Shown here one piece after another: positions 38,660-47,729 of a stretch of 64,000 bases of DNA (its first letter is position 1; each line of letters begins with the position of its first letter). The stretch is taken from assembly GCA_963775415.1 (NCBI GenBank), contig CAVZIO010000007.1, positions 151,707-215,706 of the forward strand. Reading direction: 5' to 3'. This stretch comes from an uncultured Gammaproteobacteria bacterium. GTDB lineage: Bacteria > Pseudomonadota > Gammaproteobacteria > Steroidobacterales > Steroidobacteraceae. Under the pieces are notes generated by a model. It did not search any database. It had not been told where the DNA came from and saw only the letters and a program-made list of their open reading frames with translations. The translations under genes were made by a program, and so were the position numbers.

Positions 38660-40015
38660 TTGAGCGATTCAGTGCGCCAACTCATGCTCGACGCCGCCAC
38701 CCGCGGCGCCAACTACCTCGAATCCCTCGACTCGCGGCCCGTGTTCCCGCGCGAGGCAGACGTCGATCGTTTGCGACACGCGTTGCGCGGCGATATGCCT
38801 GCTGGGCCGACCCCCGACGCCGAGGTCCTCGCCTTCCTCGACGAATTCGGTTCGCCCGCGACCGTCGCTTCCGCCGGTGGCCGCTACTTCGGCTTCGTGA
38901 CGGGCGGGGCGCTCCCCGCCACTGTCGCCTCGCACATGCTCGCGACCGCCTGGGACCAGAACAGCTTCAGCTTCGTCAGCTCGCCCGCGGCCGCGCTGTT
39001 CGACGAGGCGTCGCTCCGCTGGTTGAAAGGCATCCTCGGCCTGCCCGCCGAATCTGAAGCCGCCTACGTGCTGGGCGATACGGCAGCGAACCTGACCTGT
39101 CTTGCGGCGGCGCGGCACGAGGTGCTCGCCCGGATCGGCTGGAATGTCGAAGAGCAGGGCCTCCGCGCCTCACCCGAAGTGACGGTCATCGTCAGCGAGG
39201 AATCGCACGGCATCATCTTCAAGATCCTTCCCCTGCTCGGCTTCGGCCGCAACCAGCTCGTGCGCGTGCCGACGGACGACCAGGGGCGCATGCGCGCGGA
39301 CAAGCTGCCGCCGATCATGGGCCCCACGATCGTCTGCATCCAGGCGGGCAATGTGAACACAGGCAGCTTCGATCCAGCGCCTGCGATCATCGACTGGGCC
39401 CATGCGGGCGGCGCGTGGGTGCACGTGGACGGCGCATTCGGCTTGTGGGCTGCGGTCTCAGAAAGGCGCCGCTACCTGATGCTCGGTTACGAGCGCGCGG
39501 ACTCGTGGGCGACCGACGGACACAAGTGGCTGAACGTGCCTTACGACTGCGGAATTGCGTTCGTTCGGCATTCCAAGGCGTTGCGGGCGTCGATGTCGAT
39601 CAGTGGCAACTACCTCCTGCTCGATCGCCGCGACGCCTCGAATCTCACGCCCGACGGCTCGCGCCGCGCACGCGGCGTCGATGTCTGGGCAGCACTGCAA
39701 TCGCTTGGACGCCAAGGGCTCGCGGAACTCGTCGATCGGAACTGCGACCAGGCCAAGTGGCTCGCGGAGCAACTCGCCATCGCCGGTGTCGAAGTCCTGA
39801 ACGACGTCGTGCTGAATCAGGTCGTGGTGGCGTTCGGGGACGACGATCGCACGAAACGGGTCATCGCGGCCTTACAGCGGGCCCGCGACTGCTGGTGCGG
39901 CGGGTCCCGGTGGCACGGCCGGGAAGCCATGCGAATCAGTGTCAGTGGCTGGGCGACTACCCACGAAGACATGCGGACCACGCTTCGGTCCATTCTGGCG
40001 GCCGCCGAACAATGA
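38660..40015 (+). CDS. PLP-dependent decarboxylase-like enzyme (group II decarboxylase family)
   Basis: SAGGRYFGFVTGGALPATVASHMLA, VHVDGAFGLWA and ATDGHKWLNVPYDCG (PLP Lys) motifs. TTG start. Confidence 0.8.
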   Translation: MSDSVRQLMLDAATRGANYLESLDSRPVFPREADVDRLRHALRGDMPAGPTPDAEVLAFLDEFGSPATVASAGGRYFGFVTGGALPATVASHMLATAWDQNSFSFVSSPAAALFDEASLRWLKGILGLPAESEAAYVLGDTAANLTCLAAARHEVLARIGWNVEEQGLRASPEVTVIVSEESHGIIFKILPLLGFGRNQLVRVPTDDQGRMRADKLPPIMGPTIVCIQAGNVNTGSFDPAPAIIDWAHAGGAWVHVDGAFGLWAAVSERRRYLMLGYERADSWATDGHKWLNVPYDCGIAFVRHSKALRASMSISGNYLLLDRRDASNLTPDGSRRARGVDVWAALQSLGRQGLAELVDRNCDQAKWLAEQLAIAGVEVLNDVVLNQVVVAFGDDDRTKRVIAALQRARDCWCGGSRWHGREAMRISVSGWATTHEDMRTTLRSILAAAEQ

Positions 40016-40200
40016 GCGAGCCGCAATCCCTGATCTGCCCCTACTGCGGCGAGGCCGTTGAACTCGTCATCGACGAGGGCGGCGGTAGCCCGCAGTTATA
40101 CGTCGAAGACTGCCCCGTGTGCTGCCGCCCCTGGCAGGTCGAGGCCGCCTGCGACGGAGAGGACGGTTGGATTGCGACGCTGCGAACGTCTGACGAGTAA
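40012..40200 (+). CDS. CPXCG motif-containing cysteine-rich protein (zinc-ribbon like)
   Basis: 62 aa: ICPYCGEAVELVIDE...YVEDCPVCCRPW. ATG overlaps the decarboxylase stop (ATGA). It is the tail of ORF 39415..40200. Confidence 0.75.
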   Translation: MSEPQSLICPYCGEAVELVIDEGGGSPQLYVEDCPVCCRPWQVEAACDGEDGWIATLRTSDE

Positions 40201-40203
40201 ACC

Positions 40204-40914
40204 ATGAGGCAGAGCACGCGCTGGACGATCGCGGCCTGGGCATTTGCGCTCGCCCTCGCGACGTTCTGGGTGGGTGTCGTGATGGCGGCGCGGCACTTCC
40301 CCGACGGGCCCTATGACTGGATGTACCGGGTCGTTTCCGAACTGGCCTCGCGCAAGCACAACCCTGAAGGCGGGCGCTGGTTCTCGAGCGCGCTCGGGCT
40401 CTCGATGCTCGCGCTCTGGCCGGTCGCTTCGCAGCTGCGGGATACGGTCGGCGACCGGCGCTGGCCGATCCTGGCCCTGCGCGCCGGCATTCTGTTCGGT
40501 GTTGCCGTCGGCATCGAGCGGCTCACGTTCGTGCGTTTCTCCTCGTTCGTGAAGGACGGGCACGAGGCGCTCGCGGTCGGCGCCTTCGCCGGGCTCTATA
40601 CCGGCCTGCTCGGCCTCTACTGGCAGCGCATCCGGCTCGGCCGGACCGGCGCGCTGGTCGTGGCCGCGCCGCTGGCCGCGATCTTCGTCACGCAGTTCAT
40701 CATCTACTTCGACCAGCGCGACCTCGGCTGGGTCGACTACCGCTGGCGTGACATGGGCGTTTCGCCGTGGCTGAGCTTCGCGTTCTGGCAGTGGCTCGCC
40801 GTTGCGCTGCTGTGGGTCGGTCTCGGGCACTTGCTGTGGTCAAGCCGGTACGCAGTCGGTTCAATGAGCGCTCATGCCCCCGCAGGAATGCAGTCAGAGA
40901 ACGAATCGGCGTAA
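40204..40914 (+). CDS. integral membrane protein (hypothetical, about 6 TM)
   Basis: 236-aa ORF with multiple hydrophobic helices and high GC3. Confidence 0.65.
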   Translation: MRQSTRWTIAAWAFALALATFWVGVVMAARHFPDGPYDWMYRVVSELASRKHNPEGGRWFSSALGLSMLALWPVASQLRDTVGDRRWPILALRAGILFGVAVGIERLTFVRFSSFVKDGHEALAVGAFAGLYTGLLGLYWQRIRLGRTGALVVAAPLAAIFVTQFIIYFDQRDLGWVDYRWRDMGVSPWLSFAFWQWLAVALLWVGLGHLLWSSRYAVGSMSAHAPAGMQSENESA

Positions 40915-40956
40915 CATTCCGATCATTCGCAGTCCGAGTCGGTCACGGGAGGCAAC

Positions 40957-41423
40957 ATGCCAGGAACCATGCGTTCGGCAAGTCTTGTCACCCTGGCAAC
41001 GATCGCCGTTGCCGGCCTGGCAAGCGCAGCACCAGCAGACGATGCCTGTGTCTTCTTGACCAAGCAGGACGCGGTGACAGCTCTCGGCGAAGAAGTATCC
41101 GCTCCCAAGTCGCTATCCGGTCTCCCGATGGGACCCGGCATGACCGCTTCGAGTTGCGAATATGTCGGGTCCGGCTATCGAAGGATCCAGCTGACCGTGA
41201 GACGCATGACTCCGGAGGCGGCAGCCATGTCTCGGGCCATGTGTGCGGAAAAAGCAAGTGAAGGGCTTGCAGGCCTGGGTGACGTGGCCTGCTGGTACGA
41301 CGAAAAACACGAAGAGCTGCAGGTGATGTCGGGCACGACGTTGCTCTCCATCGAACTCGGCGGCCTCAAGAATCCCACCGAGCCGATCAAGGCGGCCGCA
41401 AAGAGCGTGTACTCAAGGGCTGA
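40957..41423 (+). CDS. secreted hypothetical protein (3' end uncertain)
   Basis: Signal peptide MRSASLVTLATIAVAGLASAAPA. Coding signal is good up to about 41410. ORF 40957..42522 then runs through rare codons (GAA ATA GAT CTA) and across the antisense DUF899 gene. Stops exist at 41421 and 41426 in the other two frames, so a terminal frame error is likely. Confidence 0.5.
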
Positions 41424-41430
41424 AATAGAT

Positions 41431-41580
41431 CTAGGGATCCGGCCGGCTCTTCGAAACTTGCCGCTTCGGCCGGCCCGGGCGGCGGCGCAGGATCCTGCGT
41501 ACGATCAGCGCCGTCGCACCGCCACCGGTCGTGACACCCCCTGCGATCAGGGCCGCCGACACCAGGCAGGCGGGACACAT
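41431..41580 (-). CDS. possible 49-aa membrane peptide (MCPAC N-terminus, one TM helix, basic tail)
   Basis: Not in the ORF track, probably because it is under 60 aa. ATG at 41580 lies 3 nt after the DUF899 stop and is preceded by GGAAGG. Translation is MCPACLVSAALIAGGVTTGGGATALIVRRILRRRPGRPKRQVSKSRPDP with high GC3. Confidence 0.35.
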   Translation of the reverse strand: MCPACLVSAALIAGGVTTGGGATALIVRRILRRRPGRPKRQVSKSRPDP

Positions 41581-41583
41581 GGC

Positions 41584-42339
41584 TCAGGCCTTCCCGCCGA
41601 CGGCATCGGCACTGTATTCGCCGTGCCGGCGCCACCACTGATACGGCTCACCCTGCGGAGAGCCGGCGGGCGCGTCCTGCCACTTCTCCTGGCGGCCGAG
41701 CGGTACGACGTCATAGAAAGACCATGCCGTGCCAAAAGCCTCGAGGCCGCGGCGCGCGACGAAATGCGTGCGGTAGACATCCTTGCCGTCGCGGTAAAAC
41801 ACATTCAGGCCAAAGCTATTCCCGCTCTCGTCCGAGACGTCGAGGTCCCGGTTGAACTCCGCAGTCGTCGAATACCACCGCCAGCGCTTCCATCCATAGC
41901 GCTCGCGCAGACGCTGAATGTCCGCCAGGGGCGCGGCTGTCACCATCGCGAACGTGATGTCGCGCGCGTGGATGTGGTCCAGATCGCTGATCTGGTCCGC
42001 CACGAACGAACAACCGACACAGCCCTTGTCCGGCCAGCCGTCGACCTTCGGCCCGAACATGAAGTGGTAGAGCGCCAACTGCCTGCGGCCTTCGAACAGG
42101 TCCACCAGGTTCACGCGGCCCTGGGGTCCTTCAAAGGCATAGGGCTTCTCGATCTTCATCCACGGCATGCGCCGCCGCGCCGCCGCGAGCGCGTCCATGG
42201 CGCGCATGTGCTTCTTTTCCCGGGCGGTCATGGCGGCCCGGGCGCGGCGCCACTGCGTCGGCGACACCACGCGGCGGGCCACGCCACCGATGCGAGTCGT
42301 CGCCTTGCCCCTTGCAGTTGTCTTGCGTCCTTTCGCCAT
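41584..42339 (-). CDS. DUF899 domain-containing (thioredoxin-like fold) protein
   Basis: WMKIEKPYAFEGPQGRVNLVDLFEGRRQLALYHFMFGP...GCVGCSFVADQI. ATG 42339 is preceded by GGAGG. Confidence 0.8.
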   Translation of the reverse strand: MAKGRKTTARGKATTRIGGVARRVVSPTQWRRARAAMTAREKKHMRAMDALAAARRRMPWMKIEKPYAFEGPQGRVNLVDLFEGRRQLALYHFMFGPKVDGWPDKGCVGCSFVADQISDLDHIHARDITFAMVTAAPLADIQRLRERYGWKRWRWYSTTAEFNRDLDVSDESGNSFGLNVFYRDGKDVYRTHFVARRGLEAFGTAWSFYDVVPLGRQEKWQDAPAGSPQGEPYQWWRRHGEYSADAVGGKA

Positions 42340-42523
42340 GATTGCCTCCATTCGTTGGCCCGTTACACGATAGTCGTACGGCGACCGCAGAAATCGACAG
42401 TGGCGGAAACTTCCGGGTACTTTCCAAGCAAGCGCTTCTTTATGACAGGACAGTCTACGCTGCATCCGGCCTTCTCTCCAAGGCGGGCACAAGGTCTAGA
42501 GGTGTCAGAAAAGATCGAATAGA

Positions 42524-43333
42524 GTGCCTCGTTGCAGGGGGCACATTTTGAGTTTTGTCTTCGATCTTCCGTTGTGGATCGTCGGACTGGCGCTGGTCCT
42601 GGTCATGAGCGGTCTGGCCGCTGTTGGCCTGCTCTTCGTGCGACGCCGGGTCCTTCCGCGGTTCCAGATTGCGGAGGAGGACGGTCATTTCACCAGCACC
42701 ATGGTGCACTCCGTCATGGTGTTCTATGCGCTGACGGTCGCGATGATCGCGATCACCGTCTGGGAAACCTACGACGCGGCGGCGAAGATCGTCTCGGAAG
42801 AAGCGACGGCGCTGGCGACTCTGTACCGTGACGCGAGCGCTTACCCGCCGTCAACGCAGAAAGAGCTGCAGAACTCGCTGCGGGAGTACACGGAGTACGT
42901 CATCCAGGAGGCCTGGCCCGAGCAGCACAAGGGCCGCATCCCTGAAGGTGGAGTCGAACGAATCAACCGATTCCAGAAAATCCTGACGAGCTTCGACCCG
43001 GCCACTGAGGGAGAGAAGATCTTGCACGCCGAGACCCTGCGGGCCTACAACCAGATGATTGAGGCGCGCAGGATGCGGCTTGATGCGGTCCAGACCGCTC
43101 TGCCGGGACTGATGTGGACGGTGATCTTCCTTGGCGCCGCGCTTGGGGTGACGGCTTCCTGCTTTTTCCGGGTCAAGGACCCACGCCTTCACATGTCCCT
43201 GGTGGCGCTGCTGACCGTGTTCTTTGCGATGGTGATTTTCGTTGTCTTCGCGTTTGATCGACCGTTCCGTGGAGACTTGGGTATCGAATCCGAGCCGTAT
43301 CAGCTCGTGTACGACCAATTGATGAAGCGTTGA
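42524..43333 (+). CDS. DUF4239-like membrane protein
   Basis: N-terminal and C-terminal TM helices flank a soluble helical region (ATLYRDASAYPPSTQKELQNSLREYTEYVI). GTG start. Confidence 0.65.
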   Translation: MPRCRGHILSFVFDLPLWIVGLALVLVMSGLAAVGLLFVRRRVLPRFQIAEEDGHFTSTMVHSVMVFYALTVAMIAITVWETYDAAAKIVSEEATALATLYRDASAYPPSTQKELQNSLREYTEYVIQEAWPEQHKGRIPEGGVERINRFQKILTSFDPATEGEKILHAETLRAYNQMIEARRMRLDAVQTALPGLMWTVIFLGAALGVTASCFFRVKDPRLHMSLVALLTVFFAMVIFVVFAFDRPFRGDLGIESEPYQLVYDQLMKR

Positions 43334-43352
43334 CCGACCCGGCTCGCTGACA

Positions 43353-44702
43353 TCAGGCGACCTCCCGCACCGCACGCAACGCCGCTTCGACCTCGCGCTC
43401 GTCGTTGACAAGGCTCGGCGCAAGCCGCGCTTTCGAGATCTTGTACGGCGAGGACGACGCCACAACTTTCCGCGCGTGAAGCTTGTGCACCGTCTCGCTG
43501 GCGCTCTGCCCTTCCACCTCGAAAGCGATGAGGCCGGCCGACAGGGCCGGATCCTTGGGCGTCAGCAGCTTCACTTTCGGGATCTTCGCCAGCCCTTCCT
43601 TGCATTGCGTGTTGAGCGCCGCAATGCGATCCGCGACACGCTTGCGGCCGATGCGCTGATGAAACTCAAACGCCTCGGCCATGGCCCATTGATGCTCGAA
43701 AGCCTTGAACCCACCGGGCGAAACCCATGAGATGCTCTTCGGCGCATTGGGCGGGCGCTCGTCTGCCCACGCGGTGAACGGCTCGACGTCGTAGAAGGTC
43801 GGGATCGTCGGGCGGATCCGTCCCCAGTTTTTCTCCGGCACCCAAAGGATGCCCGTACCCCGCGGCGCGAAGATCCATTTGTGCGTGCCGGCCGCCGCGA
43901 AATCGACGCCCAGGTGCGCGAGCTGCTCTTCCTGATTGCCGAAGCCGTGCACCGCATCCAGGACAACGAGGATCTGTTCGTGCCTCCCGCGGTTGGCATT
44001 GGCATCCGTCACGGCCTGCGCCAGCGCACGCACCGGAATCCTGACGCCACTGCTCGAATGTACCCAGGTGATGCCAACGACGCGCGTGTACGGACCGATC
44101 GCGCGCTTCAGGTTATCGACCATCTCGTCGGCTGAGGCGGTCGCCGGATCACCGTAAAGCGGTATGCGGCGCCACCGCGCTCCGGATTTCTCGACCGCGA
44201 GGCGAATCGCCTCGTGATGCACGTAGTGGTCATGCGTCGTGCAGAGCACTTCGTCGCCCGGCTTGAGCGTCAACCCCTGGTAGATCAGGGCGAGCCCCTG
44301 GGTCGTGCTGTCAGTGAGCGCGACTTCCTCGGGCTTGCCGCCGATATACGCCGCCGCAGCGTGCTGCACGCGGACCGGGAACGGGTCCTGTTGCGCCTCG
44401 TCCCCCAGGAACGAATCGAAGCCCATGCCGTGCTCGACCGTCGCGAACGGCTGGGTGTCGAGCATGCCGCGAAAGCGCTCGATTGCGTCGCGCACCGGCT
44501 TCGGGTGGGAAACGATGTAGAACTGCGAAAAGTGCATCCAGTCCGGCGCGAGATCGAACTGCGCGCGCACCGTGGCCCAATCGGAGCTGGCGTCTACAGG
44601 GGGCGCAGCGACCGCCTCGTTTGCTGCGGCGACGCGAGAAGTCGCGCTGCCGACGAGCGACAGGCCGACGGTTGCGACGAAGTCTCGGCGGTTCAAGGTC
44701 AT
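43353..44702 (-). CDS. Tat-signal aminotransferase class V-fold PLP-dependent enzyme (isopenicillin-N epimerase / cysteine desulfurase-like)
   Basis: MTLNRRDFVATVGLSLVG Tat signal. VLDAVHGFG and AAGTHKWIFAPRGTG (PLP Lys) motifs. Confidence 0.8.
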   Translation of the reverse strand: MTLNRRDFVATVGLSLVGSATSRVAAANEAVAAPPVDASSDWATVRAQFDLAPDWMHFSQFYIVSHPKPVRDAIERFRGMLDTQPFATVEHGMGFDSFLGDEAQQDPFPVRVQHAAAAYIGGKPEEVALTDSTTQGLALIYQGLTLKPGDEVLCTTHDHYVHHEAIRLAVEKSGARWRRIPLYGDPATASADEMVDNLKRAIGPYTRVVGITWVHSSSGVRIPVRALAQAVTDANANRGRHEQILVVLDAVHGFGNQEEQLAHLGVDFAAAGTHKWIFAPRGTGILWVPEKNWGRIRPTIPTFYDVEPFTAWADERPPNAPKSISWVSPGGFKAFEHQWAMAEAFEFHQRIGRKRVADRIAALNTQCKEGLAKIPKVKLLTPKDPALSAGLIAFEVEGQSASETVHKLHARKVVASSSPYKISKARLAPSLVNDEREVEAALRAVREVA

Positions 44703-44774
44703 AAAAGGCTCTCCTCAGAGGAACGATCAGCGGTGGGGCCGGCGTTGCGGCCAGCTAGATGACGGGCGCTTATG

Positions 44775-44860
44775 TCATGAGCAATTACAGGCCCTTAATC
44801 ACGGTCTTTCAAGATATTTGGAGATTTTCACTAATCCTTAATATGAGCATGGCCTACTGC
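44775..44860 (+). promoter_or_regulatory. AT-rich intergenic island (probable promoter region of the plcP-like operon)
   Basis: CAATTACAGGCCCTTAATCACGGTCTTTCAAGATATTTGGAGATTTTCACTAATCCTTAATATGA stands out against the GC-rich background. There is a possible TTGGAG...TAATAT promoter pair and a TGTCAT half-site at 44773-44778. Confidence 0.3.
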
Positions 44861-44888
44861 GCGCGGATGAACCACGTGACGAAGTCGT

Positions 44889-45710
44889 ATGGATTCAGCG
44901 GTAGACGAACACTACCACTACAGAGCGATCTGGCTCTCCGACATTCACCTCGGGACGCCCGGTTGCCAGGCGTACTATCTCCTCGATTTCCTGCGCACGC
45001 ACAAGGCCGACACGCTCTACCTGGTCGGCGACATCCTGGACTGCTGGCAGCTGAGCAAGGGCTGGTACTGGCCGCAGGCTCACAACGATGTCGTGCAGAA
45101 AGTGCTGCGCGCCGCGCGCAAGGGCACGAAAGTCGTCTACATCCCCGGCAATCACGACGAGCGGCTGCGTCAATTCATCGGGCTGCACCTGGGTGATATC
45201 GCGGTGGTCGAAGACGCGATTCATGTGACTGCGGATGGCAAGCGGCTGTGGGTCGTGCACGGGGATCTCTTCGACGCGGTCATGCAGCACGCGCGATGGC
45301 TCGCACACCTCGGCGACCGGGTTTACAGGCTGCTGCTGAAGCTCAATCGCTGGCTCAATATCATCCGCCAGCACCTGGGCCTGCCGTACTGGTCGATCTC
45401 CCAGTACCTGAAGCATCAGGTCAAGAATGCCGTCAGCTTCATCTCCGACTTCCAGCAGGTCATGACCAGGGAGGCGCGCCGGCGCGGATGCGACGGTGTG
45501 GTCTGTGGCCACATCCACAAGGCGGAATTCCTCGAGATCAACGGCATTCTCTACTGCAACGACGGCGACTGGGTCGAGAGCATGACCGCCCTCGCCGAGA
45601 CTTTCGACGGTGAGCTGAAGCTCATCGAATGGCGCCACCGCCTGGAAGCGCCACTGAATCTGGGCCGCATCACGGACGAGCCTCCCGTCTTGGACGGTGT
45701 GGCGGCATAG
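44889..45710 (+). CDS. plcP: LpxH-like metallophosphoesterase (annotated-type UDP-2,3-diacylglucosamine diphosphatase; PlcP-like phospholipase C candidate)
   Basis: IWLSDIHLGT, YLVGDILD, YIPGNHD, VHGD and VCGHIH calcineurin-like metal-binding motifs. A glycosyltransferase gene follows. Confidence 0.7.
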   Translation: MDSAVDEHYHYRAIWLSDIHLGTPGCQAYYLLDFLRTHKADTLYLVGDILDCWQLSKGWYWPQAHNDVVQKVLRAARKGTKVVYIPGNHDERLRQFIGLHLGDIAVVEDAIHVTADGKRLWVVHGDLFDAVMQHARWLAHLGDRVYRLLLKLNRWLNIIRQHLGLPYWSISQYLKHQVKNAVSFISDFQQVMTREARRRGCDGVVCGHIHKAEFLEINGILYCNDGDWVESMTALAETFDGELKLIEWRHRLEAPLNLGRITDEPPVLDGVAA

Positions 45711-45726
45711 GCTTCAGAGAAGAGTC

Positions 45727-46773
45727 ATGAAGATCGCCATAGTGACGGATGCCTGGGAACCGCAGGTCAACGGTGTCGTGCGGACTCTCCAGTCAACCGC
45801 GCGAGAGCTGCGGGCCATGGGTCATACGGTGGATCTCCTCACGCCACTGGAATTCCGCACCCTGCCCTGCCCAACCTACCCGGATATTCGCTTATCGCTG
45901 TTTCCGCGCGCCAAGGTCACGCGTCGTCTCGCCGACTCTGATCCGGATGCCATTCACATCGCCACGGAAGGCCCCCTGGGACTTGCGGCGCGGCAGTTTG
46001 CAATGAAGCGAGACTTGCCGTTCACAACCGCCTACCACACTCGCTTCCCCGAGTACGTTCATGCGCGTACCGGCATGCCGCTCTCCTGGACGTATGCTTT
46101 CCTGCGTTGGTTTCACGGGCCGTCGCGCGCAGTGATGGTGCCGACCGTCATCGTCAAGAAGGATCTGGAAGCCAACGGGTTCCGCAACGTCGTGCTGTGG
46201 TCGCGGGGCGTCGACCTCGACATCTTCAAGCCGAGTAACAGCAAGCGCCTGAAAACCGCACCGCCGATATTCCTGTATGTCGGACGCGTCGCGGTGGAAA
46301 AGAACATCGAAGCCTTCCTGGCGTTGGACCTGCCCGGCTCGAAGTGGGTCGCGGGCGCAGGTCCTGCGCTCGGCGGCATCCGTGCGCGCTATCCCGACGT
46401 GAATTTCCTCGGCGTCCTCAATCAGCAGGAGCTCGCACAGATATACGCCTCGGCAGACGTGTTCGTGTTCCCCAGCAAGACTGATACTTTCGGCCTGGTG
46501 TTACTGGAAGCGATGGCGTGCGGCTTGCCGGTCGCCGCCTACCCCGTCACCGGCCCGGCGGATGTCATTGGCGATTCCAAGGCAGGCGCGATGCATCCGG
46601 ACTTGCGCACGGCATGCCTGGCGGCGCTCGAACTCAAGCGTGAGGACGCGGTGGCACACGCGCAGAAGTTCTCCTGGCGCGCGGCGACGGAACAGTTCTT
46701 CGCCAAACTGTACTCTCGCAACCGAACGGCCGCGCTGCAGGGTCGGTTGGCCGACTCCGGCCAGGCTTCATAG
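45727..46773 (+). CDS. glycosyltransferase family 4 (Glycos_transf_1); Agt-like diacylglycerol glycosyltransferase candidate
   Basis: MKIAIVTDAWEPQVNGVVRT, FLYVGRVAVEKN and FPSKTDTFGLVLLEAMACGLPV (E-x7-E) motifs. ATG 45727 lies within ORF 45697..46773. Confidence 0.8.
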   Translation: MKIAIVTDAWEPQVNGVVRTLQSTARELRAMGHTVDLLTPLEFRTLPCPTYPDIRLSLFPRAKVTRRLADSDPDAIHIATEGPLGLAARQFAMKRDLPFTTAYHTRFPEYVHARTGMPLSWTYAFLRWFHGPSRAVMVPTVIVKKDLEANGFRNVVLWSRGVDLDIFKPSNSKRLKTAPPIFLYVGRVAVEKNIEAFLALDLPGSKWVAGAGPALGGIRARYPDVNFLGVLNQQELAQIYASADVFVFPSKTDTFGLVLLEAMACGLPVAAYPVTGPADVIGDSKAGAMHPDLRTACLAALELKREDAVAHAQKFSWRAATEQFFAKLYSRNRTAALQGRLADSGQAS

Positions 46774-46776
46774 CGA

Positions 46777-47283
46777 TCAGGCGCTCTTGCGCCTCGGCAG
46801 CGTCCAATCGGGGCGGACGAAATGGCAGGTGTAGCCGCCGGGATTCTGTAGCAGATAGTCCTGGTGCTCCGGTTCGGCCTCCCAGAAGTCGCCCGCCGGC
46901 GCGACTTCAGTCACGACCTTGCCGGGCCACAGCCCGGAGGCATCAACGTCCGCGATCGTGTCCTCGGCGATGCGACGCTGCTCATCGGTCGTGGTGTAGA
47001 TCGCCGATCGGTAACTCGTGCCCCTGTCATTACCCTGGCGATTTTGAGTCGTGGGATCGTGAATCTGAAAGAAAAACTCGAGGATCTGCCGGAAGCTGAT
47101 CTTCGCGGGATCGAAAAGGACCTCGACGGCTTCGGCGTGGTAGCCGTGATTCCGGTAGGTCGCGTTCGGCGTGTTGCCGCCCGTGTAACCGACGCGCGTC
47201 TTCAGCACGCCGGGATACTTTCGAAAGAGATCCTGCACGCCCCAGAAACATCCGCCCGCCAGCACTGCGCGTTCTTCGCTCAT
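46777..47283 (-). CDS. msrA: peptide-methionine (S)-S-oxide reductase MsrA (intact copy)
   Basis: [26 protein letters not shown] and [22 protein letters not shown] motifs. ATG 47283 overlaps the msrB stop (ATGA). Confidence 0.9.
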   Translation of the reverse strand: MSEERAVLAGGCFWGVQDLFRKYPGVLKTRVGYTGGNTPNATYRNHGYHAEAVEVLFDPAKISFRQILEFFFQIHDPTTQNRQGNDRGTSYRSAIYTTTDEQRRIAEDTIADVDASGLWPGKVVTEVAPAGDFWEAEPEHQDYLLQNPGGYTCHFVRPDWTLPRRKSA

Positions 47284-47729
47284 GACTTCTCTCCCACCTG
47301 GCTCAGGTAAGCTCCGTAGCCCTCGGACTCCATTTTGTCGCGATGAATGAACCGCAGGGAGGCCGAGTTGATGCAATAGCGCAGGCCACCGCGTTCGCGG
47401 GGTCCGTCGGTGAAGACGTGGCCCAGGTGGCTGTCGCCATGCGCCGAGCGCACCTCGGTCCGGACCATGCCGTGAGCCTCGTCCGACAGTTCCTTGACGT
47501 TGGCGGGCTCAATCGGCCTGGTGAAGCTCGGCCAGCCGGAGCCGGAATCGTACTTGTCGGTCGAGGCGAACAGCGGCTCGCCCGAAACGACATCGACGTA
47601 GATGCCCGGCTCCTTGTTGTGGAGCAAGGCTCCAGTCCCTGGCATTTCAGTGCCGCAGAACTGCGTCACGCGGTGCTGCTCAGGCGTGAGCTTTGCAATC
47701 GCTTCGGGATCCTTGGCGAACCTGTTCAT
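47280..47729 (-). CDS. msrB: peptide-methionine (R)-S-oxide reductase MsrB (intact copy, form without the zinc CxxC pairs)
   Basis: 149 aa: [39 protein letters not shown] and RYCINSASL motifs. It is the C-terminal part of ORF 47280..48401. Confidence 0.9.
   Translation of the reverse strand: MNRFAKDPEAIAKLTPEQHRVTQFCGTEMPGTGALLHNKEPGIYVDVVSGEPLFASTDKYDSGSGWPSFTRPIEPANVKELSDEAHGMVRTEVRSAHGDSHLGHVFTDGPRERGGLRYCINSASLRFIHRDKMESEGYGAYLSQVGEKS

Noticed and set aside
41424-42522. Continuation of ORF 40957..42522 as a 521-aa protein
   Set aside because: Beyond about 41410 the frame uses rare AT-ending codons, becomes Arg/Pro-rich and runs antisense through the well-supported DUF899 gene. It is treated as a lost or shifted stop, not a real long protein.
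44773-44795. PHO box upstream of the plcP-like gene
   Set aside because: Only one half-site (TGTCAT) fits the CTGTCAT-N4-CTGTCAT pattern. The position of the second half-site reads AATTACA. I mention it in the finding only as a weak possibility.
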